Source: a virus
Taxonomy: Duplodnaviria; Heunggongvirae; Uroviricota; Caudoviricetes
Strand: one strand, 5' to 3'
DNA: 37,853 nucleotides
Virus record (IMG/VR): IMGVR_UViG_2851971941_000003
The notes under the pieces were generated by a model that was not told the origin of the DNA, searched no databases, and saw only the letters and a list, made by a program, of their open reading frames with translations. A program made the translations under genes and the position numbers. Every line of letters begins with the position of its first letter. Position 1 is the first letter of the stretch. Positions 35,006 through 37,853 of the stretch are shown one piece after another.

Positions 35006-35355
35006 TGGAGCCATACAGCCTCACACTCGATGAGGCCTGTCATTTTCTCAAGATATCCAGACCGACTGCCATTAACTGGATACGCACAGGGCGTCTTCAG
35101 GCAACACGCAAAGATCCCACTAAGAATAAATCTCCTTACCTCACAACACGACAAGCCTGCATTGCGGCTCTTCAGTCTCCGCTGCATACTGTCCAGGTGA
35201 GCGCGGGTGATGGCATAACAGAGGAAAGAAAATGTCACTCTTCCGCAGAGGTGAAATATGGTACGCCAGTTTCACATTGCCGAACGGTAAAAGATTTAAA
35301 CAGTCTCTTGGAACAAAGGACAAAAGGCAGGCGACAGAACTCCATGACAAGCTAA
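35005..35355 (+). CDS. Excisionase-like HTH protein (AlpA/Xis family)
   Basis: N-terminal [29 protein letters not shown]. The frame stays open into the integrase start, so the true 3' end is uncertain. Confidence 0.45.
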   Translation: MEPYSLTLDEACHFLKISRPTAINWIRTGRLQATRKDPTKNKSPYLTTRQACIAALQSPLHTVQVSAGDGITEERKCHSSAEVKYGTPVSHCRTVKDLNSLLEQRTKGRRQNSMTS

Positions 35356-36395
35356 AGGCTGAAGCATGGCGGGTCAGCAAACTTGGTGAAATACCTGATA
35401 TAACGTTCGAGGAAGCGTGTGTCAGGTGGCTTGAAGAGAAAGCACATAAAAAATCACTGGACGATGACAAAAGCCGGATCGGATTCTGGCTTCAACATTT
35501 CGCAGGAATGCAACTAAGAGACATTACTGAATCAAAAATTTATTCAGCAATGCAGAAAATGACGAACCGGCGTCATGAGGAAAACTGGAAACTCAGGGCA
35601 GAAGCATGCAGAAAAAAAGGGAAACCTGTTCCAGAATACACGCCAAAACCAGCGTCCGTTGCAACGAAGGCTACGCATCTTTCATTTATAAAGGCCCTAC
35701 TAAGAGCCGCAGAGCGTGAATGGAAAATGCTGGATAAGGCACCAATTATTAAAGTGCCTCAACCAAAGAATAAACGGATCCGCTGGCTGGAGCCCCATGA
35801 AGCACAAAGGCTGATTGATGAATGTCCGGAGCCATTAAAGTCTGTTGTTGAATTTGCACTGGCAACAGGCTTAAGACGCTCGAACATCATCAACCTTGAA
35901 TGGCAACAAATAGATATGCAGCGCCGGGTGGCATGGATAAACCCGGAAGAGAGTAAATCAAACCGCGCAATTGGCGTTGCGCTGAATGATACTGCATGTC
36001 GCGTATTGAAAAAACAAATCGGGAATCATCACCGTTGGGTATTTGTGTACAAGGAAAGCTGTACCAAACCAGACGGAACGAAAGCGCCAACAGTAAGGAA
36101 GATGCGGTATGACGCAAACACAGCCTGGAAAGCGGCGCTGAGACGGGCTGGTATTGATGATTTCAGATTTCACGACTTGAGACACACCTGGGCAAGTTGG
36201 CTGGTTCAAGCCGGAGTCCCGTTGTCAGTGTTACAGGAAATGGGAGGCTGGGAGTCTATCGAAATGGTTCGTCGATATGCTCACCTTGCACCTAATCACC
36301 TTACCGAACACGCACGGCAAATAGACTCGATCCTGAACCCATCGGTCTCAAATTTGTCCCAGTCAAAAAATAAGGAAGGTACTAATGATGTGTAA
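35232..36395 (+). CDS. Tyrosine integrase (P4/IntS-type)
   Basis: 387 aa; N-terminus [34 protein letters not shown]; C-terminal catalytic region with HDLRHT...RYAHL; immediately adjacent to the tRNA 3' end. Confidence 0.9.
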   Translation: MSLFRRGEIWYASFTLPNGKRFKQSLGTKDKRQATELHDKLKAEAWRVSKLGEIPDITFEEACVRWLEEKAHKKSLDDDKSRIGFWLQHFAGMQLRDITESKIYSAMQKMTNRRHEENWKLRAEACRKKGKPVPEYTPKPASVATKATHLSFIKALLRAAEREWKMLDKAPIIKVPQPKNKRIRWLEPHEAQRLIDECPEPLKSVVEFALATGLRRSNIINLEWQQIDMQRRVAWINPEESKSNRAIGVALNDTACRVLKKQIGNHHRWVFVYKESCTKPDGTKAPTVRKMRYDANTAWKAALRRAGIDDFRFHDLRHTWASWLVQAGVPLSVLQEMGGWESIEMVRRYAHLAPNHLTEHARQIDSILNPSVSNLSQSKNKEGTNDV

Positions 36396-36409
36396 CTTAT
36401 TGATTTTAA

Positions 36410-36485
36410 TGGTGCCGATAATAGGAGTCGAACCTACGACCTTCGCATTACGAATGCGCTGCTCTACCAACTGAGCTATATCGGC
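36410..36485 (-). tRNA. thrW: tRNA-Thr (anticodon CGU), prophage integration target
   Basis: Minus-strand 76-nt sequence GCCGATATAGCTCAGTTGGTAGAGCAGCGCATTCGTAATGCGAAGGTCGTAGGTTCGACTCCTATTATCGGCACCA with clover-leaf features and CGT anticodon; next to proA as thrW is in E. coli. Confidence 0.9.
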
Positions 36486-36599
36486 CCTGAAAGAACATGT
36501 TCACGAACGTGAATCACGGTGGACAAGGTTAAAACTAACCGGGCGATGCGTCAATGGCCTTGTGAATCAAATGGCTACTTTTGCATCACCCGGTTTTAT

Positions 36600-37853
36600 T
36601 TACGCACGAATGGTGTAATCACCAATGCCGATCCACTTGTAAGTGGTCAGAGCTTCCAGCCCCATTGGGCCGCGCGCGTGGAGTTTTTGTGTGCTTACCG
36701 CAACTTCCGCCCCCAGACCAAACTGGCCGCCGTCGGTAAAACGCGTAGAGGCGTTAACGTAAACAGCGGAGGAATCCACTTCGTTAACAAAACGCTGGGC
36801 GTTGCGCATATCGCGGGTCAGGATCGCATCGGAGTGTTGCGTGCCGTGTTCACGAATATGGGCAATGGCGTCATCCAGATCGCTAACGATTTTGACGTTC
36901 AAATCTAATGACAGAAACTCATCGTCATACTCTTCGGCTTTAACAGCCACCACCTTCGCGGGGCCTGCCTGCAACTGCGCCAGCGCGGCTGCATCAGCGT
37001 GTAACGTCACGCCGCTTTCCGCCATTTGTTTGCTTAATGCGGGCAGGAAGCTATCTGCGATGTTTTTATTTACCAGCAACGTTTCTACCGTATTACATGT
37101 GCTCGGTCGCTGAGTTTTCGCGTTGACGATCACTTTTAATGCTTCAGCGATCTCTGCGCTTTCATCAACGTAAATATGGCATACGCCTATACCGCCTGTG
37201 ATCACCGGGATTGTCGACTGCTCGCGGCACAGTTTATGCAAACCAGCCCCACCGCGCGGGATCAGCATGTCGATGTATTTATCCATACGCAGCATTTCAC
37301 TGACCAGCGCACGGTCAGGATTATCAATTGCCTGCACGGCACCCGCCGGTAAGCCGCAGGATTTCAGGGCGTCCTGAATCACCGCTACCGTTGCAGCGTT
37401 AGTGCGACAGGTTTCTTTGCCGCCGCGCAGGATCACCGCGTTACCGGTTTTCAGGCACAGGGAAGCAACATCAACCGTCACGTTCGGGCGCGCTTCATAA
37501 ATCACGCCAATCACCCCCAGCGGTACGCGACGACGCTCAAGACGCAGGCCGCTGTCCAGTACGCCGCCATCGATTACCTGCCCCACCGGATCGGCGAGAT
37601 TGCACACCTGGCGCACATCGTCGGCAATGCCTTTCAGCCGTGCGGGCGTCAGTGCCAGACGGTCAAGCATCGCTTCGCTAAGGCCATTGGCACACGCGTC
37701 TGCAACATCCTGCGCGTTAGCGTTGAGGATACTTTCGCTTTGTGCTTCCAGTTCATCGGCGATTTTTTCCAGCACACGATTTTTTTCGCGGCTGGAGAGT
37801 TGCGCTAATTTATACGAGGCTTGCTTCGCGGCAATGCCCATTTGTTCCAGCAT
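36600..37853 (-). CDS. proA: Gamma-glutamyl phosphate reductase
   Basis: 417 aa, complete; matches E. coli ProA almost throughout as I remember it ([40 protein letters not shown]...). Confidence 0.95.
   Translation of the reverse strand: MLEQMGIAAKQASYKLAQLSSREKNRVLEKIADELEAQSESILNANAQDVADACANGLSEAMLDRLALTPARLKGIADDVRQVCNLADPVGQVIDGGVLDSGLRLERRRVPLGVIGVIYEARPNVTVDVASLCLKTGNAVILRGGKETCRTNAATVAVIQDALKSCGLPAGAVQAIDNPDRALVSEMLRMDKYIDMLIPRGGAGLHKLCREQSTIPVITGGIGVCHIYVDESAEIAEALKVIVNAKTQRPSTCNTVETLLVNKNIADSFLPALSKQMAESGVTLHADAAALAQLQAGPAKVVAVKAEEYDDEFLSLDLNVKIVSDLDDAIAHIREHGTQHSDAILTRDMRNAQRFVNEVDSSAVYVNASTRFTDGGQFGLGAEVAVSTQKLHARGPMGLEALTTYKWIGIGDYTIRA

Noticed and set aside
36519-37113. Plus-strand ORFs (129 and 103 aa) overlapping proA
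   Set aside because: Antisense to a clearly real, complete proA; typical shadow frames.
1-37853. Insertion sequences or transposase genes
   Set aside because: No transposase-like ORF or terminal inverted repeats of an IS were seen; the only recombinases are the integrase and the invertase remnant.

Overview
This window is almost entirely one mosaic temperate prophage of an Escherichia-type chromosome, integrated at the 3' end of tRNA-Thr(CGU) (thrW, 36410-36485) next to proA (36600-37853). Coordinates of ORFs come from the supplied track; small sites were placed by hand counting and may be off by 1-2 nt. No searches were run, so all family assignments are from motif reading and memory. Reading right to left: integrase and excisionase-like genes, a yfdPQRST-like early-left module, a cI/cro immunity switch with palindromic operators, an O-like replication gene with internal iterons, RusA, KilA-N and DUF968 genes, and a QuuD-type Q antiterminator. 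The late genes are all on the minus strand: holin, a lambda R-like endolysin, spanins, HNH endonuclease, terminase, HK97-type portal/protease/capsid, then a Mu-like contractile tail ending in a Gin/Pin-type invertible tail-fibre segment whose invertase is only a frameshifted 5' stump. Three visibly AT-rich insertions interrupt this backbone. The most interesting is a three-gene plus-strand cassette at 23241-25107, between Q and the holin: a GHKL-type ATPase, a STAS-like protein and a small membrane protein, with its own promoter and terminator. I do not recognise it as a named system and propose it as a candidate partner-switching defence or abortive-infection module. The other two are a secreted-protein moron inside the tail cluster (7544-8074) and a pair of genes between the lysis and packaging modules (20558-21440).
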